Shown one piece after another: positions 37,090 through 47,880 of a DNA stretch of 64,000 nucleotides. The stretch lies in the sequence record MW741821.1; one strand, 5' to 3'. Made by a program: the position numbers and the translations under genes. Below the pieces are notes generated by a model that saw nothing but the letters and a program-made list of their open reading frames with translations, was not told the DNA's origin and searched no databases. This DNA comes from Escherichia phage vB_EcoP_DE5. The stretch's first letter is position 1; each line of letters opens with the position of its first letter.

Positions 37090-39282
37090 ATGTCTAGAGA
37101 ATTAATGCCCAAATCTGGCATAATGATGCCTCACGTAGTTGTGACCAGAGATGCGGCTGTTGTTGGTGTTTCTACAGTAGATGGACAGGCCGGGGCTATT
37201 GACCTCACTGGAAAGTATTTACAGAAAACCGATGCGGCTGCTACATATCAGACTAAAACAGAGGGAGCATCTAAAGACTACGTATTAGATTCAATTCAAC
37301 CTCTTATGTCTAGTGCTCTGTTCCGAGAAGATCCTTGGGTTGTGAACGACACACCTTTCCGCTCTACTGGAGCTAACGGTGTAGAGTCAGTGGATATGAT
37401 GAAGGTCACTCCTGATAACTCAATTAAGATTGGTAGTTATGCTTCTTCCGTTCAAGGTGTAGAGATTCACTCTGCTGGTCGTCTTCAGGTTGTTGACCAG
37501 AATGATTCTGGAGTAGAAACTAAGTATCCAGTTTATTCTAAACGCTACCGCCCAGAGATTGAAGATTTACCTTTTGCTGCGATTGGTTCTTATGTTAAAG
37601 ACTCCAAAGGTCGTACTGTTGGGGTTACTCGTACAGGGATTAACTCTGATATCAAACAGCTCACGCAGAAGGTGACTTTCACTCAACCAGTTACTGTTCC
37701 TGATGCAGTTGGAGACTATGATGCAGTTACTTTGAGACAGCTTCGTAATAGTGGTGGTGGTTCTGGTGGTCCTGGTGGTCCTACAATGAGTGGCATTTCT
37801 AACTTTGGGATTGGGGATTTTCATTTACGTGATAGTCGTGCTTTCATCCCAGCTTTTGAGGTGGTGTCTGATGGTCAACTCCTTGAGCGTGCTGCCTATC
37901 CTGACTTATGGGCGTACGCTCAACTTCTTACACCCATCTCTGATTCAGAGTGGCTTGCTAATGTAGAAAATAGGGGTAAATATTCTACAGGTGATGGTTC
38001 TACGACCTTCCGTGTCCCAGACCGAAATGGTGTTCAGAGTGGGTCTGTTCCGGGACTGTTTGGTCGCGGTGACGGTGGGGATAGTGCTCTAAATGGGATA
38101 GTGCGTAGCAACGCCGCGCCGAACATTACTGGTGCTCTGGGTGCATCCATGACTACCCTGTACGATGCTCCAGATACAACAGGTACGGGTGCAATAGTTC
38201 CAGCCCCTATAGTTATAACCGAATATAAATTAGATAGTACGGGTACTGCAAGACTAAACTACAGGCTCAACCTTAATATTGATGCCAGCCTATCCAATGC
38301 GGCATACGGTCGTGACGGCACCGCAGAGGTCCGACCCAATGCTTTCACCGGGGTCTGGACTATTCGTGCTCATGGTGGATTTGTTGCTGCTAATACTTCT
38401 TGGTCTGTTATCAATAGTGACACCGCCCGGCCTTCGAATGGAACGAAAGTTTCCAGTGGGTCGGTTGTCTCTGAGTATAGAATCGGTTCAGAGGTGGAAG
38501 CTTCTACTACCCTCAAAACTGATGCCTACATCAACGGAGCTTACTATGGAATCATTGACGTCTACAATAAAACTAAAGGAGTTACCAAGCAGTTAGCTTT
38601 CGACGATTCTGGTACACTGAATTCTGATAGGTATGTTGCTAGATTTGGCACTTTGATGTCTTGGAGTGAAACAGGAGCTAGGAAAGGAACATTCTCTATG
38701 GATAACCAAGGGATAGGGTCTAACTACTCATTCAACTCTATACTAAGTGCATCACAAGCATCCAATGGAGGGTACAAGACTACAACTCACGTTGGTATGA
38801 TTCACAATGACGCCGGAACTTTTGCCGACTCTTGCTGGCACGTTGCAGGGGATGAAAATAACCAATATGGTTGTCGTCTAACCCTTCGACCAAACAGGAA
38901 TGAGATTTTCTATTATACTTGGCAACCCAGCTCTACTGGAACATACACTCTTGCTCTGAATCCTGTGTCAGATGAAAGATTAAAACATGATATCCAAGAT
39001 GTATCTCCTGAGAAAGCTATCAAGGCTATCAAAGGGTTGGATTTCAAATCATTTGTGTATAACAACGATGAACAAGGAAGAACTCGTCGTGGTATTATCG
39101 CACAGCAAGCAGAAAAGGTAGAACCTCTTTATGTTAAGACTCGTAGGTTCCATGACAACGATGGTGTAGAGCAAGAACAGAAAGAGCTAGACTCAGCTCC
39201 TATGCTCCTTGATACTATGCAGGTTGTTCAAGACCTTCTGAAACGTATTGAAGTTCTGGAATCGAAGTTAGCAGAGAAGTAA
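37090..39282 (+). CDS. tailspike/tail fiber with C-terminal intramolecular chaperone (peptidase S74-like) domain
   Basis: C-terminal ERLKHDIQDVSPEKAIKAIKGLDFKSFVY...GIIAQQAEKV...LESKLAEK matches the auto-cleaving chaperone domain of endosialidase-type tailspikes. Confidence 0.7.
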   Translation: MSRELMPKSGIMMPHVVVTRDAAVVGVSTVDGQAGAIDLTGKYLQKTDAAATYQTKTEGASKDYVLDSIQPLMSSALFREDPWVVNDTPFRSTGANGVESVDMMKVTPDNSIKIGSYASSVQGVEIHSAGRLQVVDQNDSGVETKYPVYSKRYRPEIEDLPFAAIGSYVKDSKGRTVGVTRTGINSDIKQLTQKVTFTQPVTVPDAVGDYDAVTLRQLRNSGGGSGGPGGPTMSGISNFGIGDFHLRDSRAFIPAFEVVSDGQLLERAAYPDLWAYAQLLTPISDSEWLANVENRGKYSTGDGSTTFRVPDRNGVQSGSVPGLFGRGDGGDSALNGIVRSNAAPNITGALGASMTTLYDAPDTTGTGAIVPAPIVITEYKLDSTGTARLNYRLNLNIDASLSNAAYGRDGTAEVRPNAFTGVWTIRAHGGFVAANTSWSVINSDTARPSNGTKVSSGSVVSEYRIGSEVEASTTLKTDAYINGAYYGIIDVYNKTKGVTKQLAFDDSGTLNSDRYVARFGTLMSWSETGARKGTFSMDNQGIGSNYSFNSILSASQASNGGYKTTTHVGMIHNDAGTFADSCWHVAGDENNQYGCRLTLRPNRNEIFYYTWQPSSTGTYTLALNPVSDERLKHDIQDVSPEKAIKAIKGLDFKSFVYNNDEQGRTRRGIIAQQAEKVEPLYVKTRRFHDNDGVEQEQKELDSAPMLLDTMQVVQDLLKRIEVLESKLAEK

Positions 39283-39374
39283 GATAAGCCCCTTCGGGGG
39301 CTTTAGTAGTAAGTACCCTTAGTAAGTAATGAAACTAATATATCCCAAGAGGTTAATATATAGGAGACACTCAA

Positions 39375-39593
39375 ATGAAAATGATGAAACAAGCTGCATA
39401 TGGTTTAATATGTTTAGGCGCAGGTGTTGTGGTATCCACCGCAGTTCCTGTAGGCGCAGTTCATCCATTAGTAACTGTCCCTGCTCCAGTAGAGAAGCTC
39501 AGCTCTCAATGTAAGCAGAGAACAATTCAAAATAACTTAGTTGTTATTTGCCCTGATGCTGAATCTAACGCTCTGAGAAAGATACTACCTTAA
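39375..39593 (+). CDS. small membrane protein, candidate holin
   Basis: 72 aa with one hydrophobic segment (AAYGLICLGAGVVVSTAV) directly upstream of the lysozyme gene; positional inference. Confidence 0.3.
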   Translation: MKMMKQAAYGLICLGAGVVVSTAVPVGAVHPLVTVPAPVEKLSSQCKQRTIQNNLVVICPDAESNALRKILP

Positions 39594-39621
39594 TTTAAAG
39601 GGACTACAAAGGAGGTTAGAA

Positions 39622-40113
39622 ATGGATAACGTCGCATTGCCACCTGTACAACTAAACTTAAGCCCAGCTGGAATGGAATTCATCATGAAGCATGAGGGTA
39701 TGAGAACAAAGGCTTATAAAGATTCCGCAGGTATCTGGACTATATGTGTAGGGGCTACGCGCGATATGAATGGTTATCCGGTTAGACAAGGATTAACGTA
39801 TTCTATAGAGGATTGTCTAGCTCTGCTAGATAGAGACACACAAGACTCTGTTCGTGCTACTCAGAAGAACATAAAGGTTCCTTTACTAGTTCATGAGTTT
39901 GATGCCCTCACTTCTTTCAACTTCAATGTTGGCAGTGGGGCTTTGAGCACATCTAAGTTAAGGAAGGTAATCAATGGAGATGTTAAGGGGGATGTTTATT
40001 CCGAATTTCTTCGTTGGGATAAAATAACGGTCAAGGGAGAGAAGCAGAGAAGTCAGGGTCTTCATAATAGAAGAGTTGCAGAAGCTAATCTTTACACCGA
40101 AGGTAAATATTAA
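39622..40113 (+). CDS. lysozyme (GH24, T4-lysozyme-like) endolysin
   Basis: FIMKHEGMRTKAYKDSAGIWTICVGATRD signature of phage lysozyme. Confidence 0.75.
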   Translation: MDNVALPPVQLNLSPAGMEFIMKHEGMRTKAYKDSAGIWTICVGATRDMNGYPVRQGLTYSIEDCLALLDRDTQDSVRATQKNIKVPLLVHEFDALTSFNFNVGSGALSTSKLRKVINGDVKGDVYSEFLRWDKITVKGEKQRSQGLHNRRVAEANLYTEGKY

Positions 40114-40125
40114 TGGAGGTGCCTT

Positions 40126-40929
40126 TTGGCTATCGAAACTAATGCGGTAGTTATTACCGACTTAAACCCGCTCTATCCTAGAGACAGGGATTACATCTAC
40201 GAAGGGGCGGCTCAAATCCGCCTCATTAAACAAACGTTACAGAACACATTCCCCAATGTCACAGAACCAGTTGATATTGATTCTGACACTTTTAAGATTA
40301 TGTCAGAGAAGCTTAAGTTTACTGGTGATGCAATGGATGTTGGCGGTCTAATGATTAAGAACGTCACTCCGGGAACTGGTGACAAAGATGTTGTTACTAA
40401 AGGTCAGATGGAAGCGTTCATGAAGAACTGGATGGAGAATAAAGTATTCCGTATCGGCGCTTACTATATCACTGAAGAAGATATTAACCCCGGTGATTCC
40501 ATCTCCTTAGGGTTTGGCTCTTGGGCTAAAGTGACTGGTGTTATCATGGGTACTGGTGTAGTAAACCCTGATGGTTCTGTCCCTAATGCTCAGAGAGTTG
40601 AGTTCCAAGCAGGTGGTACTGGTGGTCGTGTCTTCAATACTATTCGAACTGAGAACGTACCTTTGATGACAGTTAATGGCTCCAGCTTCTCTCTATCCAG
40701 TAATACTCACAGTCACAACATGGTATTTGGTCGTGGAGATGCTAGTGGTCATAACAGCTCGCCAAACTGGTATAGTCCGGGTGGTGGATACAGTCAGAGA
40801 ACTGATAATGATACTCACACTCATACAATCTCTGGTAGTGTAAGTCTTGGTCGTGATGATATCTCTCGTCAACCTATTAACACTTTGCCACCATTCAGAG
40901 CAGCTCACATTTGGAGACGTATTAGCTAA
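40126..40929 (+). CDS. virion structural protein (267 aa)
   Basis: Gly/Thr/Ser-rich ORF in tail module. Confidence 0.4.
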   Translation: MAIETNAVVITDLNPLYPRDRDYIYEGAAQIRLIKQTLQNTFPNVTEPVDIDSDTFKIMSEKLKFTGDAMDVGGLMIKNVTPGTGDKDVVTKGQMEAFMKNWMENKVFRIGAYYITEEDINPGDSISLGFGSWAKVTGVIMGTGVVNPDGSVPNAQRVEFQAGGTGGRVFNTIRTENVPLMTVNGSSFSLSSNTHSHNMVFGRGDASGHNSSPNWYSPGGGYSQRTDNDTHTHTISGSVSLGRDDISRQPINTLPPFRAAHIWRRIS

Positions 40930-40938
40930 GGAGGAATT

Positions 40939-43900
40939 ATGGCGCTGTATCCAATAAAGTCGCTAGGTGCTGTAGGCGTTATCGCTGATCAGGCTCCGAC
41001 AGACTTAGCTCCTAATGCTTTCACTAATGCTATAAATGCTCGATTTGTTGAGCAGAGAGTCTTTAAGACGGGGGGCAATGCCCCTCTTTCTTATGTAGAT
41101 GAAGATAAGGATTTAACCCCTCTGTCTTTCGTTTCTATGCCTTTCGATTATTATAGCGCAGGTAATAGCTTTCTTGTTGTAGGTACAAATAAGAAGTTAT
41201 ATAAACTGACAGATGAAAGCTTGACTGATATTAGCCGTAAGGTTGCTACAGTCACTAAGAAGGCTTCTGCCTCAATTAAGATTTATCCAGTTGTTTCTCA
41301 GATCGTTCCTAAAGAATCAACTATCTCAATGAACTTCAATCAGACCAAGAATCTAGAGGTTTCTCTTCTCCCTGCTGATGCTAATAATACTGATCTTATT
41401 TGGGAGGTTAGTAACTCAGCCTATGGAAGTATTACGGTAGACCCTAGTGACTCTAAACTTGCTACTCTAACATCTTTTGAGAAAGAGGGTAATCTTGTAG
41501 TAACTATCTCTACTGCCAATGAATCCGTAGTGGCTCAGATTGCTGTTAATATCATAGATGGTGATTCAGGCATCTTCTTGAGTCAAGATACTGTTACAAT
41601 TCGTAAGGGAGGGACTACTACTCTCACGGCTGTTACTGGCAAGACTCCTGTAACTTGGTCCAGCAGTAACGCTTCTATTGTATCCGTAACTCCTAACGCC
41701 AACTCTTTAACTGCTGTCATTACAGCGAATGGAGAAGGTAATGTAACAATCACTGCTGACAACGGAACTAAGACTGCTTCTTGTGAGATTGTTTCTATCC
41801 CTCAGATTGATAGTATCTCTTTAAGCCAGTCAGATGTTACTGTGAGTAGAGGTTCTCAGTATATCTTAACTGCTACCCTTTCTCCTGCTAACGCCCCTAA
41901 TCAAAATATTACTTGGACCTCTTCTAATCCAAATATTGCAACAGTATCAGGGACTAGCACACAAGGGACGATCAACGCTCTACTTGCTGGTTTTACTGAG
42001 ATTACAGCTACCACTGAAGAAGGTAACAGAGTTGCTGTCTGTACTGTACGTGTGGACTTAGCTGGAAGGACAATGAGAACAAGTGCTATGGCATTTGCCG
42101 CTCCTGTATCAGAGTCAGTAGAAACTCAAGAGGAAGAAGTAGTAACTCCTCCTGAAAGTGAAGAGACGGTTTATTTTGCTGAGCCTACATCCGGTATTGA
42201 TACGTCAGGGATGTACGAAGGTAATAACTTCTATGACTACTCTAACGTGAATGACATTGAAGGTTTTGCAAGAGCTTCTTTACTGGCAACCCCTTTGTCA
42301 TCTGTAACCTTAGATGTTGTCAGCGCCTCACTTGATGTTGGTGAAGAGATTGTTATCACAGCTACAGCTTCTCCAGAAGGTGATTATTCTTATCAGTGGT
42401 CTGTTGATAAGACTGGTTATGTTTCTACAACTTCAGTCACTGGTAAATCTATCAAACTGGTTGCTCTTCGTAAAGGAGAGATTAACGTAACATGTACTGT
42501 CAGTCAGATGACTCAGAAGGATTACGATGCTTTTGATGATTATCCTTGGTATCACGCTGTTATCTCTAACTGTGCAGTTGCTACAACTCACTATGAAACT
42601 CCTCAGGTAAAAGAATTCGAATCAGAATACTTTGTAGATCTTCCGGGATGGGGTGAGCAAACAGTTGTCGATAATGACGGGAACCCTTCAGTCAAGAAGT
42701 TTAACTGGAAATGTGAAAGAGTAAGATCTTTTAACAACCGTCTTTTTGCTCTAAACATGAGAGAGGCTAACGCTTCTGGTGTTACCACTAACTACCCGCT
42801 TCGTCTTCGTTGGTCTAACTTTGCCAATGAGAATAAGGCTCCTACACTGTGGGATGACTTTGCCTATGATCGAGTTGTGTCTTCGGACTTAGCTTCTAAC
42901 ATCGTAGGGCAGACTCAGGCTCTAGAGAATGGATATGCTGGTTACATTGACCTAGCCGATTCTAATGGTAGCTTGATTGATATCCTACCTCTTAAAGACT
43001 ACTTGTTCGTTTATACAGAGTTTGAAACGTATATTGGTTCTCCGACTAATAACACGTACCAACCTCTAATGTTCAAGAAGCTCTTTAACGACTCTGGTAT
43101 CCTCGCTCCCGAGTGTGTGGTTGAAGTAGAAGGTAGTCACTTCGTAGTTACTCAGAACGATGTAATCTTACACAATGGTGCAACCAAGAAGTCAATTGCA
43201 TCTAACCGTGTTAAGAACATGCTGATTAATGAGGTGTGTCTGGTTAACCCTCTAGCAACTCGAGTACACTTGCATCAGGATAAGAAAGAAGTTTGGGTTC
43301 TGTACGTAGGTCCGGGAGAACCAAAAGAAAGCTTCGCTTGTACTAAAGCTGCTGTATGGAATTATGAGTTTGATACTTGGTCTTTCCGTACTATCCCATA
43401 TGCTCAGTGTATTGGTCTGGTTGATCCTCCTGTTTTAGAAAGAGGTCCAATCTGGTCTGACTTCCAAGAAATCACTTGGGATGACCCATCTATTAAAGAA
43501 CTCGTTTGGAGAAAGGATGCAACAAACTTTAGACAGAGGGTTACGATAGTAGGTTCATTCTTGAAGGGATTCTATCAAGTGGATGTAGGTGCTCTTGATT
43601 ACTTCTATGACAGGCTAAATGATGTTGTTATAGAGAAGCCTCTGGAAATGAGGTTAGAGAGGACTGGTATAGATTTTGATAATGTGACGAATGAGTGGAA
43701 TCAGAAGCATATTAACAGATTCCGACCTCAGACAACTGGCTCGGGTACTTACATATTTGAAGCTGGTGGTAGTCAATTCTCAAATGAATATGGACACCCA
43801 CACACATCTAAGACATATACGATCGGTGTTGACAGGCACGTCTCGGTGAGACTGAACCATCCATACCTTTTCTATAATGTTATAGATAATGATGTTAACA

Positions 43901-43956
43901 GTAATGCTGCTATCAATGGTTTAACGATAGAGTTTGCTGTTGGCGGGCGGAGATAA
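40939..43956 (+). CDS. large tail protein with tandem Ig-like (Big_2) domains (1005 aa)
   Basis: Repeated Ig-like segments (VTIRKGGTTTLTAVTGKTPVTWSSSNASIVSVTP..., LSQSDVTVSRGSQYILTATLSPANAPNQNITWTSSNPNIATVSG...). Confidence 0.55.
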   Translation: MALYPIKSLGAVGVIADQAPTDLAPNAFTNAINARFVEQRVFKTGGNAPLSYVDEDKDLTPLSFVSMPFDYYSAGNSFLVVGTNKKLYKLTDESLTDISRKVATVTKKASASIKIYPVVSQIVPKESTISMNFNQTKNLEVSLLPADANNTDLIWEVSNSAYGSITVDPSDSKLATLTSFEKEGNLVVTISTANESVVAQIAVNIIDGDSGIFLSQDTVTIRKGGTTTLTAVTGKTPVTWSSSNASIVSVTPNANSLTAVITANGEGNVTITADNGTKTASCEIVSIPQIDSISLSQSDVTVSRGSQYILTATLSPANAPNQNITWTSSNPNIATVSGTSTQGTINALLAGFTEITATTEEGNRVAVCTVRVDLAGRTMRTSAMAFAAPVSESVETQEEEVVTPPESEETVYFAEPTSGIDTSGMYEGNNFYDYSNVNDIEGFARASLLATPLSSVTLDVVSASLDVGEEIVITATASPEGDYSYQWSVDKTGYVSTTSVTGKSIKLVALRKGEINVTCTVSQMTQKDYDAFDDYPWYHAVISNCAVATTHYETPQVKEFESEYFVDLPGWGEQTVVDNDGNPSVKKFNWKCERVRSFNNRLFALNMREANASGVTTNYPLRLRWSNFANENKAPTLWDDFAYDRVVSSDLASNIVGQTQALENGYAGYIDLADSNGSLIDILPLKDYLFVYTEFETYIGSPTNNTYQPLMFKKLFNDSGILAPECVVEVEGSHFVVTQNDVILHNGATKKSIASNRVKNMLINEVCLVNPLATRVHLHQDKKEVWVLYVGPGEPKESFACTKAAVWNYEFDTWSFRTIPYAQCIGLVDPPVLERGPIWSDFQEITWDDPSIKELVWRKDATNFRQRVTIVGSFLKGFYQVDVGALDYFYDRLNDVVIEKPLEMRLERTGIDFDNVTNEWNQKHINRFRPQTTGSGTYIFEAGGSQFSNEYGHPHTSKTYTIGVDRHVSVRLNHPYLFYNVIDNDVNSNAAINGLTIEFAVGGRR

Positions 43957-43960
43957 CAAC

Positions 43961-43989
43961 AAGGGGCTTCGTGCCCCTTTTATTGTTTT
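43961..43989 (+). terminator. intrinsic terminator/attenuator
   Basis: AAGGGGC-TTCGT-GCCCCTT hairpin followed by T-rich run; implies downstream gene starts at ATG 44000. Confidence 0.6.
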
Positions 43990-43999
43990 GGAGGAACTT

Positions 44000-44968
44000 A
44001 TGGGTGCAGGTGGTTTTCGTAAGAACACTGGTCGCAACAACACCACACTCCCGTACAACGTTGGGTTTCTCAATAATGTACAGGACACAGAAACATATAA
44101 CGTAGCAGTGTATGATGAATTACAAAAAGTTAGCACAGCTACTAACCAAATGTTCCAAGCTATAGATGAAATTCACGAAGAGATTGATGTTCGTATTAAA
44201 GCTCTTAATGCAATGAATCTTCAATTTGATGAGCTTGAGAATAGAATTACTACAGAGATAGAAACAGCTATTGCAGATATCCAAACCCAGATGGGGAACC
44301 TGTCCACTGAGGACATTTGGGATAATTCTGTTCAACCCCCTGTGAAGCTAGAAAGCACTGTATCTGGTTTTAAGACCAGCATCGAAGGTAACACAACTAA
44401 AATTCAGACAGTAGAAGGTATTGTTAACGATCAAGGTCAAGAGATTGCTCTTGTTCAGACAGAACTGCAAAATATCAACGGAAGCCTTTCTCAGTATATG
44501 AAACTCTCTGAGTATGAAGCTACGTGGGGTGTTAACTCTACAGTCAACGGAAGATATGCTGGGGTCAAGTTAACTAACAACGGAACAAACAGTCAATTCC
44601 AAGTAACAGCTAACAAATTTATTGTTGGTGATGGCAGCTCTGGGAATACCCCCTTCGTATTTGAGGGTGGGCGAGCTAGGATGGAATTCGCTGACATAAA
44701 GAACGTCAACATCACAACTGCTCAGATTGCCAACGCTAGGATCCAATGGGCACAGATTGATAACGTATCTATCTCCAATGCTCAGATTCAGAACTTATCA
44801 GCGGATAAAATCACTGCTGGTTCTATGTGGGGTTCTAACTGGAGACTTACTGTTGGTGGTGATTTTGTTATGGGTGGTACAGGTGGTTCTCAGTTGTGGA
44901 TGAATGGTAATAGAATAGATTTTTATGATGGGAGTGGAACTCTTCGCATAAGAATAGGGAGTTGGTAA
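44000..44968 (+). CDS. tail/structural protein with coiled-coil region
   Basis: ORF with GGAGG RBS before ATG 44000; track start 43934 overlaps the terminator. Confidence 0.45.
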   Translation: MGAGGFRKNTGRNNTTLPYNVGFLNNVQDTETYNVAVYDELQKVSTATNQMFQAIDEIHEEIDVRIKALNAMNLQFDELENRITTEIETAIADIQTQMGNLSTEDIWDNSVQPPVKLESTVSGFKTSIEGNTTKIQTVEGIVNDQGQEIALVQTELQNINGSLSQYMKLSEYEATWGVNSTVNGRYAGVKLTNNGTNSQFQVTANKFIVGDGSSGNTPFVFEGGRARMEFADIKNVNITTAQIANARIQWAQIDNVSISNAQIQNLSADKITAGSMWGSNWRLTVGGDFVMGGTGGSQLWMNGNRIDFYDGSGTLRIRIGSW

Positions 44969-44969
44969 C

Positions 44970-46004
44970 ATGGCATATGGAATATGGACACGCCCGGTTG
45001 GTCCGGGTCCAGCGGCACCTGCTGATATTTACATCGATAGTGGTAGCACATTCCCTCAACTCAGAAATAGAGTCAGTGGGAATTTCTCTTTTAGTGGAAA
45101 TACCTGTGACTTGCCTATAAGTGGTTGGGATGGTAGTGGTCAGATAGTTGTAGTTCCAACAGGGTCTGTTGTTTGGGAGAGATACATACCTCCTAACGTA
45201 ACGTCTGATGTGTATTGGATAACGGATATATCTGTTATTAATAACTCAACCTTCAGAGTTACTATGGACTATAATGTAAACGGTTGGGTATTTGATATGG
45301 CTTTTAATGTGTATCAAATATGGCCTAGAGCTAACAGGAATTATGGAATCACATTCTCCAACTCTGCTGACTATTTCTCAATATCTGATTCTGGGGTTGT
45401 TGGTCAATGTATTTGGGCTTGGGAGGGTGACATAAATGGTTCTCTTCAAATACCAGATATTGGTGGTTTTGATATGAGCCGAGCAACTGTCTACGCGAAT
45501 TGGAGTAACGGTGGAGCAGGGCTGCTATACAATCCATCCAATAGGGTTGTTTATGTGTACCAGAACAGGTCTCATGATAATGGTAACACAAACCAAACAG
45601 GATACATTGGTGGTGTTAGAATTGCCGTCTTCTGTGATGGTTCTGGAGTACCAACCCACAATGGTGGTTTAAATATCTTCTCTCCAAATGGGTCTCAGTG
45701 TGTATTTTCTACATATAGAACCCCTTTTAGTGTTGAGGGATTTATGCCTATGAGTGGCGGTAACACATCTCTGGCCTATCCAATGATACCACTATCTTAC
45801 GGAGCAGGAGCAATAAGAGGCAAGGCTAGTGGTTGGTATTTTCAACACACAAGATCTCACATGATGAATGGCTCTTCTTTCGGTACAGGTTTCGGAAGGA
45901 TGATTTACTCTTGGAGTAGTCAATATGATTTAGGAGGGGGTGGTGCCCTCGGGTTAAGTATTCCAATATTAGATGCTAGAAAGATATTCAGGAGTATACA
46001 ATAA
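44970..46004 (+). CDS. virion structural protein (344 aa)
   Basis: ORF in late operon, 2-nt spacing. Confidence 0.45.
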   Translation: MAYGIWTRPVGPGPAAPADIYIDSGSTFPQLRNRVSGNFSFSGNTCDLPISGWDGSGQIVVVPTGSVVWERYIPPNVTSDVYWITDISVINNSTFRVTMDYNVNGWVFDMAFNVYQIWPRANRNYGITFSNSADYFSISDSGVVGQCIWAWEGDINGSLQIPDIGGFDMSRATVYANWSNGGAGLLYNPSNRVVYVYQNRSHDNGNTNQTGYIGGVRIAVFCDGSGVPTHNGGLNIFSPNGSQCVFSTYRTPFSVEGFMPMSGGNTSLAYPMIPLSYGAGAIRGKASGWYFQHTRSHMMNGSSFGTGFGRMIYSWSSQYDLGGGGALGLSIPILDARKIFRSIQ

Positions 46005-46013
46005 GGAGATATT

Positions 46014-46796
46014 ATGGCAATCAGAATGGGTATCGAAGAACTAGACCCAATGGTACAGCAAGCTTCAAAGAAGTATGGGATTCCTGCTGCTTTGATTCAT
46101 GCTGTCATCCAAAGAGAGTCCAGTGGTCGTCCTACAGTGGCCTCTGGAACTGGTCCTGTAGGTTTAATGCAGATCAGTAAAGGGTTGGCTAAAGATTACG
46201 GTTACAAACTAGAAGATAGACTTGACCCAGCAAAGAATATTGATATGGGCGCTCGTTACATAAGAGATAACTTAAAAGCTTTTAATGGTGATGTTAAGAA
46301 AGCAATGGTTGGTTATTCAGAAGGTATCGGTGGAGCTAAGCAAATGTTCGCTGGTAAAAAGGGGTTTACTCCACAAGCTCTTGACTCCATGAACAATAAA
46401 CACTTTCTTCCTTTCTATGGTGATGCAGCTTCTCAGATTGCTAACCCTGTTGGAGCTTTGCAAGCTGTTCAACCAGTCAATCAGTTTAGTCCTGACTTGT
46501 TAGATAGAGAGAAGGCCGCACAAGCTCCAACTCAGGCAGAGATTGCTGCTTCTAAGACAGGTGCTTTAGGTGGAAATCCAGTAGAGTTTTACTCTGATGA
46601 AGTGCAGGAAGGCGAAAATCAGAAACCTCAACAGAACTTTGGTAATGCAGTATTAGGGGTAGCTGCTATGCTTGCTGGTAAACCTCCCACTTCTCAAACA
46701 GTTCAGAGGGCAAGTGCACCACATGCAGCAGGTTCTCAGTACAGTCCACAAACACAAGCAGTGCTCAGACGTCTGGCTAGCATTGGTGTAAAGTAA
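46014..46796 (+). CDS. lytic transglycosylase (SLT domain) virion protein
   Basis: AVIQRESSGRPTVASGTGPVGLMQISKGLAKDYGY matches SLT catalytic motif (ES...GxxGLMQ). Confidence 0.7.
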   Translation: MAIRMGIEELDPMVQQASKKYGIPAALIHAVIQRESSGRPTVASGTGPVGLMQISKGLAKDYGYKLEDRLDPAKNIDMGARYIRDNLKAFNGDVKKAMVGYSEGIGGAKQMFAGKKGFTPQALDSMNNKHFLPFYGDAASQIANPVGALQAVQPVNQFSPDLLDREKAAQAPTQAEIAASKTGALGGNPVEFYSDEVQEGENQKPQQNFGNAVLGVAAMLAGKPPTSQTVQRASAPHAAGSQYSPQTQAVLRRLASIGVK

Positions 46797-46815
46797 TAAT
46801 CTTTAAGGAGGACTT

Positions 46816-47868
46816 ATGTCTTTATTTGGAAAATCAGCTTCTAGCAAAACCACAGTGGCCCCTTCCTCTCAGGTTGATGCCCTGCTGAAGCAGATTGTTG
46901 CTAATGCTCAGAATATGCAGAACAACGATCCGGGATTCATCTCCCAACAACTGGCTGGGTTTAATGGCAACCAACAGGGTGCTCTGAACAACTTAGCAGC
47001 TTCTACTACTCAGAAGCAATTGGCTGATATGTACACGCCTCGTACACAGCAAGGGTTGGACCAATTAAACTCTCTTGCACAGCAGTATCAGAATATTGTC
47101 AATGGTGGTGGTCTAACTGCTGATGGTGTTAATAACTTTAGTAAAGGATTGAATAACTCAGCTCTTGCTCAAGCGACTAGTAAGGCAGCTTCCAATGTAT
47201 CCCTCGGAAATGGTTCTGATTCAGGCTCTCTCCGTAGAGCTGCTGCTCAAGGTGCTGCTCTGAACAGTGCTAATACAAACTTAGCTCGTACTATCAGTGG
47301 CAAGAATATGGGAATCAGTGCTCTTCAACAAGACCAAAACTTCCAGAGGGGCTTACTTGGTGCTCAGTCAGGATTGGCTGGACAGAATCTCAATCTTGGT
47401 GCTCAAGGTGTTCAGGCAACTCAACAAGCTATCCAGAATCAACTCATGGCTGGTAATCTACAACAGCAACAAGCCCAAGCTCAAGCTGATATTAATTGGC
47501 AGAACGCTATTGGCTCTCAACAGTATGGGTGGAATCAGCTTAACAACCAACTTAATGTATTAAATAGTGTAAGCCCAATGGCTGGGTACACGATTAAGAA
47601 TGCTGCTCCGGGGGTTAATACTGGACAACAGCTCCTAGGTGCTGGTATCACTGGATTAGGTATTGCAGGTCGTATGGGTGCTTTCTCTCCTAATCAACAG
47701 ACTCAGAATGCTTGGAGTTCCTATAACAACTCAGGTGGGCAATCTGGAATGGCTGGTCCTATGATTGGTGGTTCTAATCTTTCTCAACAGAAAGGTCAGT
47801 CTAACTGGTTATCCACAGCAGGTAGTAATATCTTAGGTGGTGTCTTAGGGGCATTTGGAGCAAACTAA
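46816..47868 (+). CDS. Gln/Asn/Gly-rich internal virion protein
   Basis: Low-complexity Q/N/G/A-rich 350-aa ORF in ejection-protein region. Confidence 0.45.
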   Translation: MSLFGKSASSKTTVAPSSQVDALLKQIVANAQNMQNNDPGFISQQLAGFNGNQQGALNNLAASTTQKQLADMYTPRTQQGLDQLNSLAQQYQNIVNGGGLTADGVNNFSKGLNNSALAQATSKAASNVSLGNGSDSGSLRRAAAQGAALNSANTNLARTISGKNMGISALQQDQNFQRGLLGAQSGLAGQNLNLGAQGVQATQQAIQNQLMAGNLQQQQAQAQADINWQNAIGSQQYGWNQLNNQLNVLNSVSPMAGYTIKNAAPGVNTGQQLLGAGITGLGIAGRMGAFSPNQQTQNAWSSYNNSGGQSGMAGPMIGGSNLSQQKGQSNWLSTAGSNILGGVLGAFGAN

Positions 47869-47880
47869 AGGAGATTTGAT

